A stretch of DNA of 64,000 nucleotides, taken from Candidatus Omnitrophota bacterium (GTDB lineage Bacteria; Omnitrophota; Gorgyraeia; 2-01-FULL-45-10). The notes under the pieces were generated by a model. The model ran no database searches. It had not been told where the DNA came from and worked only from the letters and a program-made list of their open reading frames with translations. Below are positions 9,601 to 18,555 of the stretch, piece by piece. Numbering within the stretch: the first letter of the stretch is position 1; each line of letters begins with the position of its first letter. Position numbers and translations under genes: made by a program. The stretch is from positions 13,091 through 77,090 of the forward strand of contig JAPLME010000008.1 in assembly GCA_026387175.1 (NCBI GenBank). Reading direction: 5' to 3'.

Positions 9601-12600
9601 ATGTTAATATCCAGGAAAGGCCATAGTTTTTTATATAGAGCTACAATATCAATTGTAGTCTCTATTTTTGTGATCAATGACTTAGCTTTCGGGAATCTCC
9701 TGCTTTCACAGGAGGCCAATAAATCTGTATTGGCCCCGCCCTTAGCTACAAAACTCCAGGGCGCTTTCCGTGATAGATGGGCGCTAATTGATATAGGTTA
9801 CATTATCGGTAGGATGCTGGTACTTGCCAGAGATCACAAACTCCAAAACCCAAAAAGCATTCTGATCCCTGTCATTAAGAGCCATATCCGCGATGGATCC
9901 GGTGAATCTGAAATGCTGCTCCAAGGATACGATATTGATGGCATAGAGGAGATTAGGGAGGATGGAGAGATAGTAGGCTTTGGCCTCCCCGTCACAGAGA
10001 ATGGTGTCATAATACATAAGCTTGTTTATAATCTGCAAAGCGGTGGCAACTTCTTAGAAATGAGTGATGGAACGAAAGTTTATGTGAGGACAGAAAAATA
10101 TACAACTGCTTTTGTAAAAAGGCTGATAGCCCATCCCGAAAGAAAACGTGAAATTCTTGCGGGTTTAACTGATGCTCAGAAAGAAGAGGTAATGCATAGA
10201 GCAGTTGAAGCATTACAATCTCAAATCAGGCAAGTTCCGAAAGTATATTTTGAAGATCACATTAAAAACTATGTTATACGGCTCAAGATACTTGCTATCC
10301 TGGGTATTTTAGACGGCATAGCTGTATATCCAATGATGGGGATAGATGTTTTCCCCGCCCAGTTTTGCCGGACCGTCGGTATAAATAGCGGGAATTACAT
10401 CGACTACATGTTTCATGAAATTGAAGTTACAAAGCCTGAAGTGTACAATGCCGCGGGAGTGGATCCCTCCATTATACGTAATTCTCTGATCTATGAAAAA
10501 GACGATATCCTCGATATAAATGGGATAATAAGCCATGTGAATAGAAATAGAATTTCCGGCGAGGACCATACGGCCTTGATCCTTAAGGGGGTCTCATGGC
10601 TGAAGAAATACGGATTTAATCCTAAATGGTCGCTTAATGCGGCAGAAACATGTAGGGAGTATTTGATTCCGCTGTGCGATAAACTGCTTAAGGCCGGCGA
10701 CCATATAGTGGCATTTAACGAAGATATGGAATACTGCGACTGGTTGATAAAAACCGGAGAGTATGAAGAGGTGGATTTAGGTATCGATAAAGATATTCTG
10801 ATGAGCCCTGATATGAAATCATTGGCGCAACCCGTTAATGACAAAGGTGAGCTATCCAGAGATGTATTTGAGGTAGGGGCTGATTTTATTGTTTTACGAA
10901 AGAAGCCGAAGATTTTGCCGCAACTCACATCAGGTAAAGGTGCGGCACTCTCGGAACATGTCGGCATAGAAGCTCCTCTGTTATCCGAAGACGGCAAGTC
11001 GGATGTAGGATCTACAGCTTTATCATTCGAAGATAAATCACAGGCAGAGTCATTTCCCGTCATAGAACGCGGACGCGTCAATAATATCGATTATAAAATA
11101 TGTTGGGCGAATCCAAAAGGCAAAGTATTCAGAGAAGACCGTAACCCCATACGTCAAAAACTCATAAAATTTTTAGAAGACCCAGGAAGAGTCGAGGCTG
11201 TCTTAAAAAATATAGGCAGTGACATAACATATAAAGAAATTGCCGTTGTAAATATTCAATATTTGAGAGCGTCTGAAAGAATAGTGTTCAGGATAAAATT
11301 ATCACTGATCGATGGGGTTACAAACCGCACAGGGTTTCATGTCAATAGGCCAATCTTCGAAATGGCTGTCAAAAGCGCAAGAACATCCAATATGAATCAA
11401 GCTGAAGTATTTAAGGGGCTCAAAGGGATGGGCTTCGCACCCGAGTTTGGTGAACTGTTTGATGACATTTACTATGAGGAATGGATAAAAGGCCCGACAG
11501 TCCACGCAGGCGCGAAAAATGGCCTGAACAGTGAAGAAATCCGAAAAATAACGGCTACATGGATGAAAGTCGTAAGATATCTGTCAAATGGTAACAGCTA
11601 TACTCAGTATCCTATAGATGTTAACCCGTCAAATATCATGTATAGGAACATAAGTAAAGAACCTGAATTTGTCGTTGTCGATATCCTTGAACGTAGACCC
11701 AAATATAATAACCCCGCGCTTTTTATACATAGCATAGTGAAATTTTATATCTATGGAAAGGGTTTCGGTATAAAATCTATAATCCCCAACGATATTAAGC
11801 CTATCTTAGAAGGTATATATGAGGGCCTTGGTTATGACAAAGCCAAGACGACAACTTTCCTTAAAGATGCCTTAAATCTTTGCGTGAATAAATTATACGA
11901 TCCTATGGTACGTTCTGCTATAGAAGAATTTCTCGTGAAACTAGAACTTGATAATACTCGTCCACCAACTGCTGCGTTTGCTGCCAATGGGGCATCTGTG
12001 CCTGATATGTTTATGAAAAAGTATATTTCGATTGTTAAAATATTCATGCATCTGGGGATCGTGCCGGTGGACTCCGTTGAGATAATGAAGACGGTTTATA
12101 GCCCGGGCGTGGGTGAAGTCTGCCGTCTCATTGAAAAGGACCCCTCCTTGGAAGAAGAATTATTCGGAGTGACACCTAAATCTTTTCCCGTCATTCATAA
12201 GGAGATTAGGAAGATCGTTATCTTTTCGGATGGTTCTGCTGTTTTAGGTATGGGGACAAAAGGGCCTCATGTTATGCGAGCTGTCTCAGAGGGCAAGAGG
12301 ATGCTCCTTAAGTGGTTCGGCGGAGTCGACGCGGACATAGCCTTTGTCGACACAAAGAAGCTGTGGAAACTATACAAAAAAGAAAGAGATCCCAAGAAAC
12401 GGGCATTCCTGGCTAAAAAGATTGAGGATAAAGTCTTTGGGTCCGTGAAAAGCTATGTAGAGCGCGTGAAGCAGAAGGAAGGGCTTAAAACAGTTGTCAT
12501 GCTAGAGGATATAGCCGCGCCTGTCTGCTTTAGCTTAGAGGAGCGTTTGAATGGTTCAGCGATCCCTACCATTCACGATGATCAGCATGGCACGGCCATT

Positions 12601-14028
12601 GTATTTGCGGGAGGGCTTTTACGCGCGGCAAGAGAGACTGGCAGAGAAAATAATATAGGTGCGATGAAAATTGTTATAGCTGGTGCGGGCTCAGCCGGGA
12701 TAGCGACAGCGAGACTATTACATCGTTTAGGATTTGGCATCGATTTAAAAAATGGCGGGAATATAATAATGTTGGATAGTAAAGGCGCCTTGCATTCAGG
12801 CAGGACGGACATAAACGGGGAGAAGTCAGAAATGGCGGCTCTTAATATTCAAGGATTTTCGGGGAATAATATGGAAGATATACTTAAAGGCGCCGATGCT
12901 TTTATAGGATTAGCCGAGCCGGGATATTTGTGGGGCAAGGAGAAGGTTTTTGAAGGCATGAATAAAGATAGCGTTGTTTTCCTTGGAGCGAATCCTAAGC
13001 CTGAAGCGGATCCTGCCGTGTTGAAAAATATGCCGAATATTAGGTTCATCGCCACGGGAGCATTTGGCTACCCCCAGGGAAGCACTTTTAATAACAGCTA
13101 TTCTTTCCCTGCGATCTTTCGGGCGCTTAGAGATGCTCCTCCTACATTGGAAAATTTTGATATCATGAAGATAGAAGAATCCGCGGCCTGGGCAATCTCG
13201 CGCCTTCCTCTTTCGCGGGATGACTTAATTGCCGGCCGGCTTTTGCCTCCGACATTCAGTGAAGGCAAATTTAATACCGCCGTATTTGCGAGTATTTTTC
13301 AAGAGGTCTCCCACGAAATCGGATCGAACGTCAACGTAGAAAGCGTTTTACGAAACATAGAGGGGCAGCACATGAGAGCATATGCGGCATTAACTGAAAG
13401 TGAGCGGGAAGCTTTAGCGATTACAGCGGCGCCCGCTCCTGCATCGCCTGAATCCGAAAGCATTCACTCCACAAACTTCCAAGATATCATTAACTACATC
13501 CAGGCACAACCACAAAGCCAGCCTCTTATAATAGCCCTAGGTACAGACTGGATGAGAGGATATGAGAAGGGAAAAACTCAGTACAATGCCCTTAACCCGC
13601 TTATAAGCTCGATACGTAACTACTGTGAATCAAAGGGTATACCGTTCATTGTCGACGAAGATAACAATCTGCCTGGCCGAATAAATACTGAAAAAACAAG
13701 AGACGGCAAGTCAAACGCGAAAGTAATCGTGTTAGCTGGAAAAGATACGGTCAAGTTGCCTGAATTTGCGCCACTGAGGGATGATAAGAACGTTGTAGTA
13801 GGAATTAGTAAGCAGGAGCCTGCAACCGACGAATATATATATATCCGACTGATGGAGATGTTAACACTTGCTCTAAAATTATCCGTAGGCATAGAAACCA
13901 TCCCCGATAATACTCCAATAAAGATTGTAAAAGACGATAAGCTCCATATATACATATTTATTCCTCCCGCCCAGCCAATGGATTACGAGAAACTTAAGGC
14001 TATCTACAGAGTCCAGGAGTTCGCGTAA
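9601..14028 (+). CDS. Giant 1475-aa protein: N-terminal signal-anchor helix, about 800 aa of unknown function, an apparently intact NAD(P)-malic-enzyme domain (about nt 12050-13260), and an unknown C-terminal region of about 255 aa.
   Basis: Single uninterrupted ORF. Malic-enzyme motifs are present in order (YSPGV, DGSAVLGMG, SEGK, LEDIAAPVCF, HDDQHGTAIV, AGAGSAGIA, LDSKGAL, GANPKPE, FPAIFRALRD). The N- and C-terminal regions are not recognisable. Local GC is visibly lower than the flanks. Confidence 0.7.
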   Translation: MLISRKGHSFLYRATISIVVSIFVINDLAFGNLLLSQEANKSVLAPPLATKLQGAFRDRWALIDIGYIIGRMLVLARDHKLQNPKSILIPVIKSHIRDGSGESEMLLQGYDIDGIEEIREDGEIVGFGLPVTENGVIIHKLVYNLQSGGNFLEMSDGTKVYVRTEKYTTAFVKRLIAHPERKREILAGLTDAQKEEVMHRAVEALQSQIRQVPKVYFEDHIKNYVIRLKILAILGILDGIAVYPMMGIDVFPAQFCRTVGINSGNYIDYMFHEIEVTKPEVYNAAGVDPSIIRNSLIYEKDDILDINGIISHVNRNRISGEDHTALILKGVSWLKKYGFNPKWSLNAAETCREYLIPLCDKLLKAGDHIVAFNEDMEYCDWLIKTGEYEEVDLGIDKDILMSPDMKSLAQPVNDKGELSRDVFEVGADFIVLRKKPKILPQLTSGKGAALSEHVGIEAPLLSEDGKSDVGSTALSFEDKSQAESFPVIERGRVNNIDYKICWANPKGKVFREDRNPIRQKLIKFLEDPGRVEAVLKNIGSDITYKEIAVVNIQYLRASERIVFRIKLSLIDGVTNRTGFHVNRPIFEMAVKSARTSNMNQAEVFKGLKGMGFAPEFGELFDDIYYEEWIKGPTVHAGAKNGLNSEEIRKITATWMKVVRYLSNGNSYTQYPIDVNPSNIMYRNISKEPEFVVVDILERRPKYNNPALFIHSIVKFYIYGKGFGIKSIIPNDIKPILEGIYEGLGYDKAKTTTFLKDALNLCVNKLYDPMVRSAIEEFLVKLELDNTRPPTAAFAANGASVPDMFMKKYISIVKIFMHLGIVPVDSVEIMKTVYSPGVGEVCRLIEKDPSLEEELFGVTPKSFPVIHKEIRKIVIFSDGSAVLGMGTKGPHVMRAVSEGKRMLLKWFGGVDADIAFVDTKKLWKLYKKERDPKKRAFLAKKIEDKVFGSVKSYVERVKQKEGLKTVVMLEDIAAPVCFSLEERLNGSAIPTIHDDQHGTAIVFAGGLLRAARETGRENNIGAMKIVIAGAGSAGIATARLLHRLGFGIDLKNGGNIIMLDSKGALHSGRTDINGEKSEMAALNIQGFSGNNMEDILKGADAFIGLAEPGYLWGKEKVFEGMNKDSVVFLGANPKPEADPAVLKNMPNIRFIATGAFGYPQGSTFNNSYSFPAIFRALRDAPPTLENFDIMKIEESAAWAISRLPLSRDDLIAGRLLPPTFSEGKFNTAVFASIFQEVSHEIGSNVNVESVLRNIEGQHMRAYAALTESEREALAITAAPAPASPESESIHSTNFQDIINYIQAQPQSQPLIIALGTDWMRGYEKGKTQYNALNPLISSIRNYCESKGIPFIVDEDNNLPGRINTEKTRDGKSNAKVIVLAGKDTVKLPEFAPLRDDKNVVVGISKQEPATDEYIYIRLMEMLTLALKLSVGIETIPDNTPIKIVKDDKLHIYIFIPPAQPMDYEKLKAIYRVQEFA

Positions 14029-14071
14029 TCGTTTCGACATTTGTAGATAGTTCATGGTATATTGATAAAAC

Positions 14072-15514
14072 ATGGGTATCCCATCAAATAAAAAGAAGCT
14101 CCTGATAGGCTTCGTTCTTATCTCCGCTATATTTCTCTTCCTAAGGCTTAAAACATTAGGCCATCTCCTGATGTGGGACGAGGCATGGAATATCCTTTCA
14201 TTGAGAGCGTTCCTGAGTAACGCTAAAGCGGATCCTTTCTACTGGGGATATTTTTTCCACCCTCCTTTTTACATGACTTTCGCGCGGTTCTTCGCGCCGT
14301 TTCAAGCGGGATTCGATATAAGGCTGGAGTCGCTTTCCTTAGTATTTTCATATGCGACGTTATTAGTCACCTATCTATTGAGCGCAAGGATAGGGGGATG
14401 GAAATACGCATGGATGAGCGGGCTCTTATTGAGCCTGATGCCCGCGTCAATAGGCTATGACACATGGATAAAGAGGGACGGCCTGGCATCGGTGTTATGC
14501 TACCTTGCCATTTTACTATTATTAAAGAGAAAATTCTTCTGGTGCGCCATAGCGCTTTCCTTCGCTTTATTAAGTAAGGAGAGCGCGCTATTTTTTATCG
14601 TTGCCGTCGTGCCGATATTGTTTCTATTGAAAGAGAGGATCACTATAAAAAAGATTACGGTAATGTGCGCGACGATATTTATCCTTACATCATGGTGGTA
14701 TATATTATTTAGCTCTCTCACCAAAACAGTTTTTAAAATTTATTTTCAAGCAACAGATTATTATACATTGTGGGCAAATTCCCCTATATATTATTTCAAG
14801 AAATTACTGCCGGACCTGGGAGCGGCAATGCTTCTCTTTTTCATAATAGGAGCATTCTATATTTTATATCTGATATTCCATAATAAGCAATTCAGGTGGG
14901 GCATACCGCTCATCATTGTAGCGGCCGTATACATTCCAAGCTCTTTCTTCATCACGGCTAAGGCCCCGTGGCTATGTTTATCCGCCCGCCCGGCTCTGGC
15001 AATGGCCGCCGGCGCAGGGATGCTGCTCTTAATAAAGATGACGAAAAGATCGAGATTAATTTTAGCGATCCTGATCCTATCTTTTATGTACACTCTTTAT
15101 ACCGGACTGGCCTTCTCATATCCGCAATATCATATGGAAACGCATCCGAACGGTTGGCCGGGAGCAGACGCCTCGAAAAAGCTTGCCTGCTACCTCAATG
15201 AACATATGAAGGACGACGATAGATTGATGATCACGGAATTTGCTTATTGGAGCATGCCTGTCTGCGCAGTATTCTTATATTATTGGAAAGGATGCCCGAT
15301 AGAGATAATAAAAGGGGAGCAGAAGGCCGAGAATGTAATAAAAGAGATAGCTATGAATAAAATATCATGGTTTGTGATAGCCGACTCACCTCATCCAACT
15401 CTCAATTTTCATCCGCTGGTAAAAGATGCAAGCAATTCAGTATTGGGAAAACCCGTTCCAGTCGGCTGGTCATATGTCTGGAATACAAAGAAATTATGGT
15501 CAAGTGATAAGTAG
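14072..15514 (+). CDS. Polytopic GT-C-fold glycosyltransferase-like membrane protein (PMT/ArnT-like, family 39/83-type)
   Basis: At least ten predicted TM helices. A DE motif sits in the first extracytoplasmic loop (MWDEAWN). The overall hydropathy layout matches GT-C enzymes. It lies 43 bp after the giant ORF. Confidence 0.5.
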   Translation: MGIPSNKKKLLIGFVLISAIFLFLRLKTLGHLLMWDEAWNILSLRAFLSNAKADPFYWGYFFHPPFYMTFARFFAPFQAGFDIRLESLSLVFSYATLLVTYLLSARIGGWKYAWMSGLLLSLMPASIGYDTWIKRDGLASVLCYLAILLLLKRKFFWCAIALSFALLSKESALFFIVAVVPILFLLKERITIKKITVMCATIFILTSWWYILFSSLTKTVFKIYFQATDYYTLWANSPIYYFKKLLPDLGAAMLLFFIIGAFYILYLIFHNKQFRWGIPLIIVAAVYIPSSFFITAKAPWLCLSARPALAMAAGAGMLLLIKMTKRSRLILAILILSFMYTLYTGLAFSYPQYHMETHPNGWPGADASKKLACYLNEHMKDDDRLMITEFAYWSMPVCAVFLYYWKGCPIEIIKGEQKAENVIKEIAMNKISWFVIADSPHPTLNFHPLVKDASNSVLGKPVPVGWSYVWNTKKLWSSDK

Positions 15515-15531
15515 TTATTCTTAGCTATTCT

Positions 15532-15554
15532 AACCTGGTTAGATTTGCCAGGTT
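15532..15554. terminator. Hairpin AACCTGG-N9-CCAGGTT between the convergent GT-C gene and comM.
   Basis: A 7-bp perfect inverted repeat was read from the sequence at the convergent gene ends. Confidence 0.3.
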
Positions 15555-17091
15555 ACCCCCACAGATTCCTGTCAAGGCTCCTGTAAGAGATCGCCTCCGA
15601 GATATGATGTGCTTCGATGACGTCTTTTCCGTCCAGATCGGCTATAGTGCGCGATACCTTCAAGATCTTGTCATAGGCCCTTGCGGAAATGCCGAGCTCC
15701 AGGATCGCGAGCTTTAGCAATTCCTCACTCTCTTTATCGAGCATACAGTATTTTTCAAGCTCGGCAGATTCCAAGCGCGCGTTGAAATATAGGCCATCGT
15801 TTTTGTAACGCGATCTCTGGATCTCCCGCGCCTTATCTACACGCTTTCTTATCTCTTCCGACGGCTCACCACGGCGCTTTTCCGTAAGATGCTCCATTTT
15901 AAGCCGGGGGACCTCCAAGTGTATGTCGATCCTGTCCAGAAGCGGCCCTGATATTTTTGAGAGGTAGTTCTGTATCTGCATCGGCGAGCAGTGACATTCC
16001 CGTTTCGGGTCCGTGAAGTAACCGCACGGGCAGGGGTTCATTGCCGCGACAAGCATAAACTTGGCGGGGTAGGTGAGTGTGTTGGCGACTCTTGCTATGG
16101 TCACCGAGCCTTCCTCTATAGGCTGCCTTAATGCCTCGAGTACGTTCTTCCTGAATTCCGGAAGCTCATCTAGAAAGAGGACGCCGTTATGTGAGAGGCT
16201 TATCTCCCCGGGGCTTGGATTAGTTCCTCCCCCGACAAGCGTGGCGTCCGATATAGTATGATGCGGAGAGCGAAACGGCCTGGTGCCCATAAGGACTCTA
16301 TTTGTCGGAATCAGCCCGGCCACGCTGTGTATCTTCGATGTCTCGAGCGACTCTTCGATCGTCATCTCAGAAAGGATCGTGGGCAGCCTTTTAGCAAGCA
16401 TGCTTTTTCCGGAGCCGGGAGGGCCTATTAAGAGGACGTTGTGTCCGCCGGCAGCCGTGACCTCGAGCCCGCGCTTGACGTGTTCTTGGCCTTTTACATC
16501 ACGAAAGTCTATCTTATACTTTGAATTTCTCTTTAATAGTTGTTCGCTATTAGAAAACTCTCTTTTTATTTCGATCTTTTTGTTTATAAAGTCAACGACC
16601 TCTTTAAGCGTTCTGGCAGGGTAGACCTCGATATCTTTTACTGCAGCAGCCTCCTTTGCGTTATGGCCTGGCAGGATGAAATTCGTCTTATCCATAGATT
16701 TTAGTCCCAGGGCAATGGCAAGGGCGCCTTTTATCGACTTCAGCTTACCGTCCAGAGATAGCTCTCCGCAGAATATATATTCTTTCAACTCCGCGCATTC
16801 GATGACGCCTTCACATAAAAGCACCGATAGGGCGATAGGCAGGTCGAGATCCGCACCCTCTTTTTTTATATATGCCGGTGCGAGATTTATCGTTATCTTC
16901 TTAGCCGGAAATGAATACCCCGAATTTCTTATCGCGGCTTTTATCCGATCCCGGGACTCCCTTATCGCGGTGTCCGGCAGGCCCACGATATTGAAGGCCG
17001 GTAACCCTCCGCCGATGTCCGCTTCGACAGTAACTTCATAGGCATTGATCCCTAAAACACAGCTTGAATATATTTTCGCGATCATCGACAC
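15553..17091 (-). CDS. comM: Mg-chelatase-like AAA+ ATPase ComM/YifB
   Basis: N-terminal Lon-like domain followed by an AAA+ core (LLIGPPGSGKSMLAKRL) and a C-terminal Mg-chelatase domain. Confidence 0.85.
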   Translation of the reverse strand: MSMIAKIYSSCVLGINAYEVTVEADIGGGLPAFNIVGLPDTAIRESRDRIKAAIRNSGYSFPAKKITINLAPAYIKKEGADLDLPIALSVLLCEGVIECAELKEYIFCGELSLDGKLKSIKGALAIALGLKSMDKTNFILPGHNAKEAAAVKDIEVYPARTLKEVVDFINKKIEIKREFSNSEQLLKRNSKYKIDFRDVKGQEHVKRGLEVTAAGGHNVLLIGPPGSGKSMLAKRLPTILSEMTIEESLETSKIHSVAGLIPTNRVLMGTRPFRSPHHTISDATLVGGGTNPSPGEISLSHNGVLFLDELPEFRKNVLEALRQPIEEGSVTIARVANTLTYPAKFMLVAAMNPCPCGYFTDPKRECHCSPMQIQNYLSKISGPLLDRIDIHLEVPRLKMEHLTEKRRGEPSEEIRKRVDKAREIQRSRYKNDGLYFNARLESAELEKYCMLDKESEELLKLAILELGISARAYDKILKVSRTIADLDGKDVIEAHHISEAISYRSLDRNLWG

Positions 17092-17099
17092 TCTCCTTA

Positions 17100-17477
17100 T
17101 TAGTAATAAATTTCCTCTACAGCATTTTCAATGTGTTCTATCTTCTCCAATGCGTGTTGACAGTCTAATTTCACAGAGATCACATCTATCCTCCAGCTTG
17201 AATCGACGCGTCCGTATCTTTTTAAATAGAACAGGGCATTTTTTATGATATGAGCCTGCTTGACCCTCGTCACGGACAGGAAGGGTGGGCCGAGAGAAGA
17301 AGTAGTCCTGGTTCTTACTTCTATAAAGACTATTGAACCTTCGTGTGTTGTCACTATATCCAGTTCGCCGAAAGGCGTTCTGAAATTTACGCACTTAATT
17401 CTATAGCCTTTAGCTTTTAAGAACTCCAAGGCAAGTTTTTCGCCCAGGCTTCCTATCTCTTTTTTCTCCCGGCCCAT
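17100..17477 (-). CDS. yraN: YraN-family (UPF0102) endonuclease
   Basis: SLGEKLALEFLKAKGYRI...ELDIVT...VFIEVRTR is the typical UPF0102 core. Confidence 0.8.
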   Translation of the reverse strand: MGREKKEIGSLGEKLALEFLKAKGYRIKCVNFRTPFGELDIVTTHEGSIVFIEVRTRTTSSLGPPFLSVTRVKQAHIIKNALFYLKRYGRVDSSWRIDVISVKLDCQHALEKIEHIENAVEEIYY

Positions 17478-17481
17478 CTAT

Positions 17482-17754
17482 TTATCCTCCGTAGGCTTCC
17501 AACACCACCTTTTCTATCTCGTCCTTGATCTCCCGGCTTAACGGGATGACGGTGTTGTACCACTTACCATCCTTACCGGCCTCGCGAGGCATGCTCACGA
17601 AGAGGCCGTCCTTACCCTCTACCACCCTCAGGCCGTTTATGACCAGGCTATCCATGACCGACATGTCACAGAAAGCTTTTGTGGCACCCTCGCCGTCCAG
17701 CTTATGTATGCGCGTTACGGCAAGCTTCAGATCTTCCTTTACCATTTGATTCAC
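17482..17754 (-). CDS. spoVG: Septation protein SpoVG
   Basis: The 90-aa product aligns along its whole length with SpoVG (RIHKLDGEGATKAFCDMSV...INGLRVVEGKDGLFVSMP). Confidence 0.8.
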   Translation of the reverse strand: MNQMVKEDLKLAVTRIHKLDGEGATKAFCDMSVMDSLVINGLRVVEGKDGLFVSMPREAGKDGKWYNTVIPLSREIKDEIEKVVLEAYGG

Positions 17755-17787
17755 CTCCTTTCAAATGAGCGCATTGCGTGCTCCCAC

Positions 17788-17953
17788 TATATAAAGACGC
17801 TGAAAGTGCCAAAATTGTTGCAATTTATTTTAAAATAAATTGCATCCCGTGGGTTTTCCGCAAAGGGATTGCAAAATTCTCAACAATATTTTATTCCAAT
17901 TTTGTCCCGAGCTCGCATCTAAGTGGCCGAGGGGCAAACTTTTTTAAAATAAT
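17788..17953. repeat. Copy 1 of a duplicated intergenic element. It holds a perfect 26-bp palindrome TGCAATTTATTTTAAAATAAATTGCA (17819-17844) and a GC-stem hairpin (GCATCCC...GGGATTGC). Compared with copy 2 it has an insertion of about 60 bp before the AAACTTTTTTAAAATAAT tail.
   Basis: About 90 bp are near-identical to 18452-18555. It sits between the anti-sigma stop and the spoVG start. Confidence 0.7.
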
Positions 17954-17991
17954 TTTATCCCGGGACAGGGCAGAGGAGCGGGTTTTATGGG

Positions 17992-18441
17992 TTATGATCT
18001 CTTGTTGCGGTCTATATCAAGCGTCTCAAGGGCGTCACCTGCGCCTCTTGCGCCGTCTCTTTTCCACGCTTCATATATCATGACGAGCATTCTGGTAGAT
18101 TTCGAGTCCGCTACCCACTTCATGCCCAAGAGTAGAGTAGCTACCAGCAACTGTATAAAAAATCGCGGGGTTATGAATGAGAAAGAGAATGATATTATGG
18201 CCAGCAGAAGGTAAATATTTATTTTTTTCATAGTAATTTCCCTCAATTTTTTAAATGGTCTCTTTTTGTCGAATGCAGTAACAGCTTCATGGGCCGCCAC
18301 GATTATATTCAGACATTGATCGCAAGAGCTTAGGTGCTTTTCCAGCTGCTCCCGCTTATCTTTCGACAGGCCTCCGGCAAGAAAATCCGCAAGCACATAC
18401 TCTGCAGGATGCGCGGTTATTTTTGTATTCAGATTGACCAT
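17992..18441 (-). CDS. Membrane-anchored anti-sigma factor (zf-HC2 type)
   Basis: H-x3-C-x2-C motif (HLSSCDQC) followed by two TM helices. It lies immediately downstream of an ECF sigma gene on the same strand. Confidence 0.6.
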   Translation of the reverse strand: MVNLNTKITAHPAEYVLADFLAGGLSKDKREQLEKHLSSCDQCLNIIVAAHEAVTAFDKKRPFKKLREITMKKINIYLLLAIISFSFSFITPRFFIQLLVATLLLGMKWVADSKSTRMLVMIYEAWKRDGARGAGDALETLDIDRNKRS

Positions 18442-18451
18442 ATATCCTCCA

Positions 18452-18555
18452 TATATAAAGACGCTAAAAAGGCCAAAATTGTTGCAAATTATTTTAAAAT
18501 AATTTGCATCCCGTGGGCTTTCCGCAAAGGGATTGCAAACTTTTTTAAAATAATC
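18452..18555. repeat. Copy 2 of the duplicated element. It has the palindrome TGCAAATTATTTTAAAATAATTTGCA (18483-18508), a GC hairpin and an AAACTTTTTT run.
   Basis: Near-identical to copy 1. The two palindromes differ by compensatory substitutions that keep perfect dyad symmetry. It sits between the sigma stop and the anti-sigma start. Confidence 0.7.

Noticed and set aside
10491-11081. 196-aa minus-strand Ser-rich ORF inside the 1475-aa gene.
   Set aside because: It is a low-complexity antisense translation, and the plus frame is continuous for 4.4 kb.
17788-18555. Possibility that the two repeated elements are a CRISPR array.
   Set aside because: There are only two copies about 660 bp apart, they bracket a protein-coding gene, they are about 90 bp long with internal AT-palindromes, and there are no cas genes nearby.
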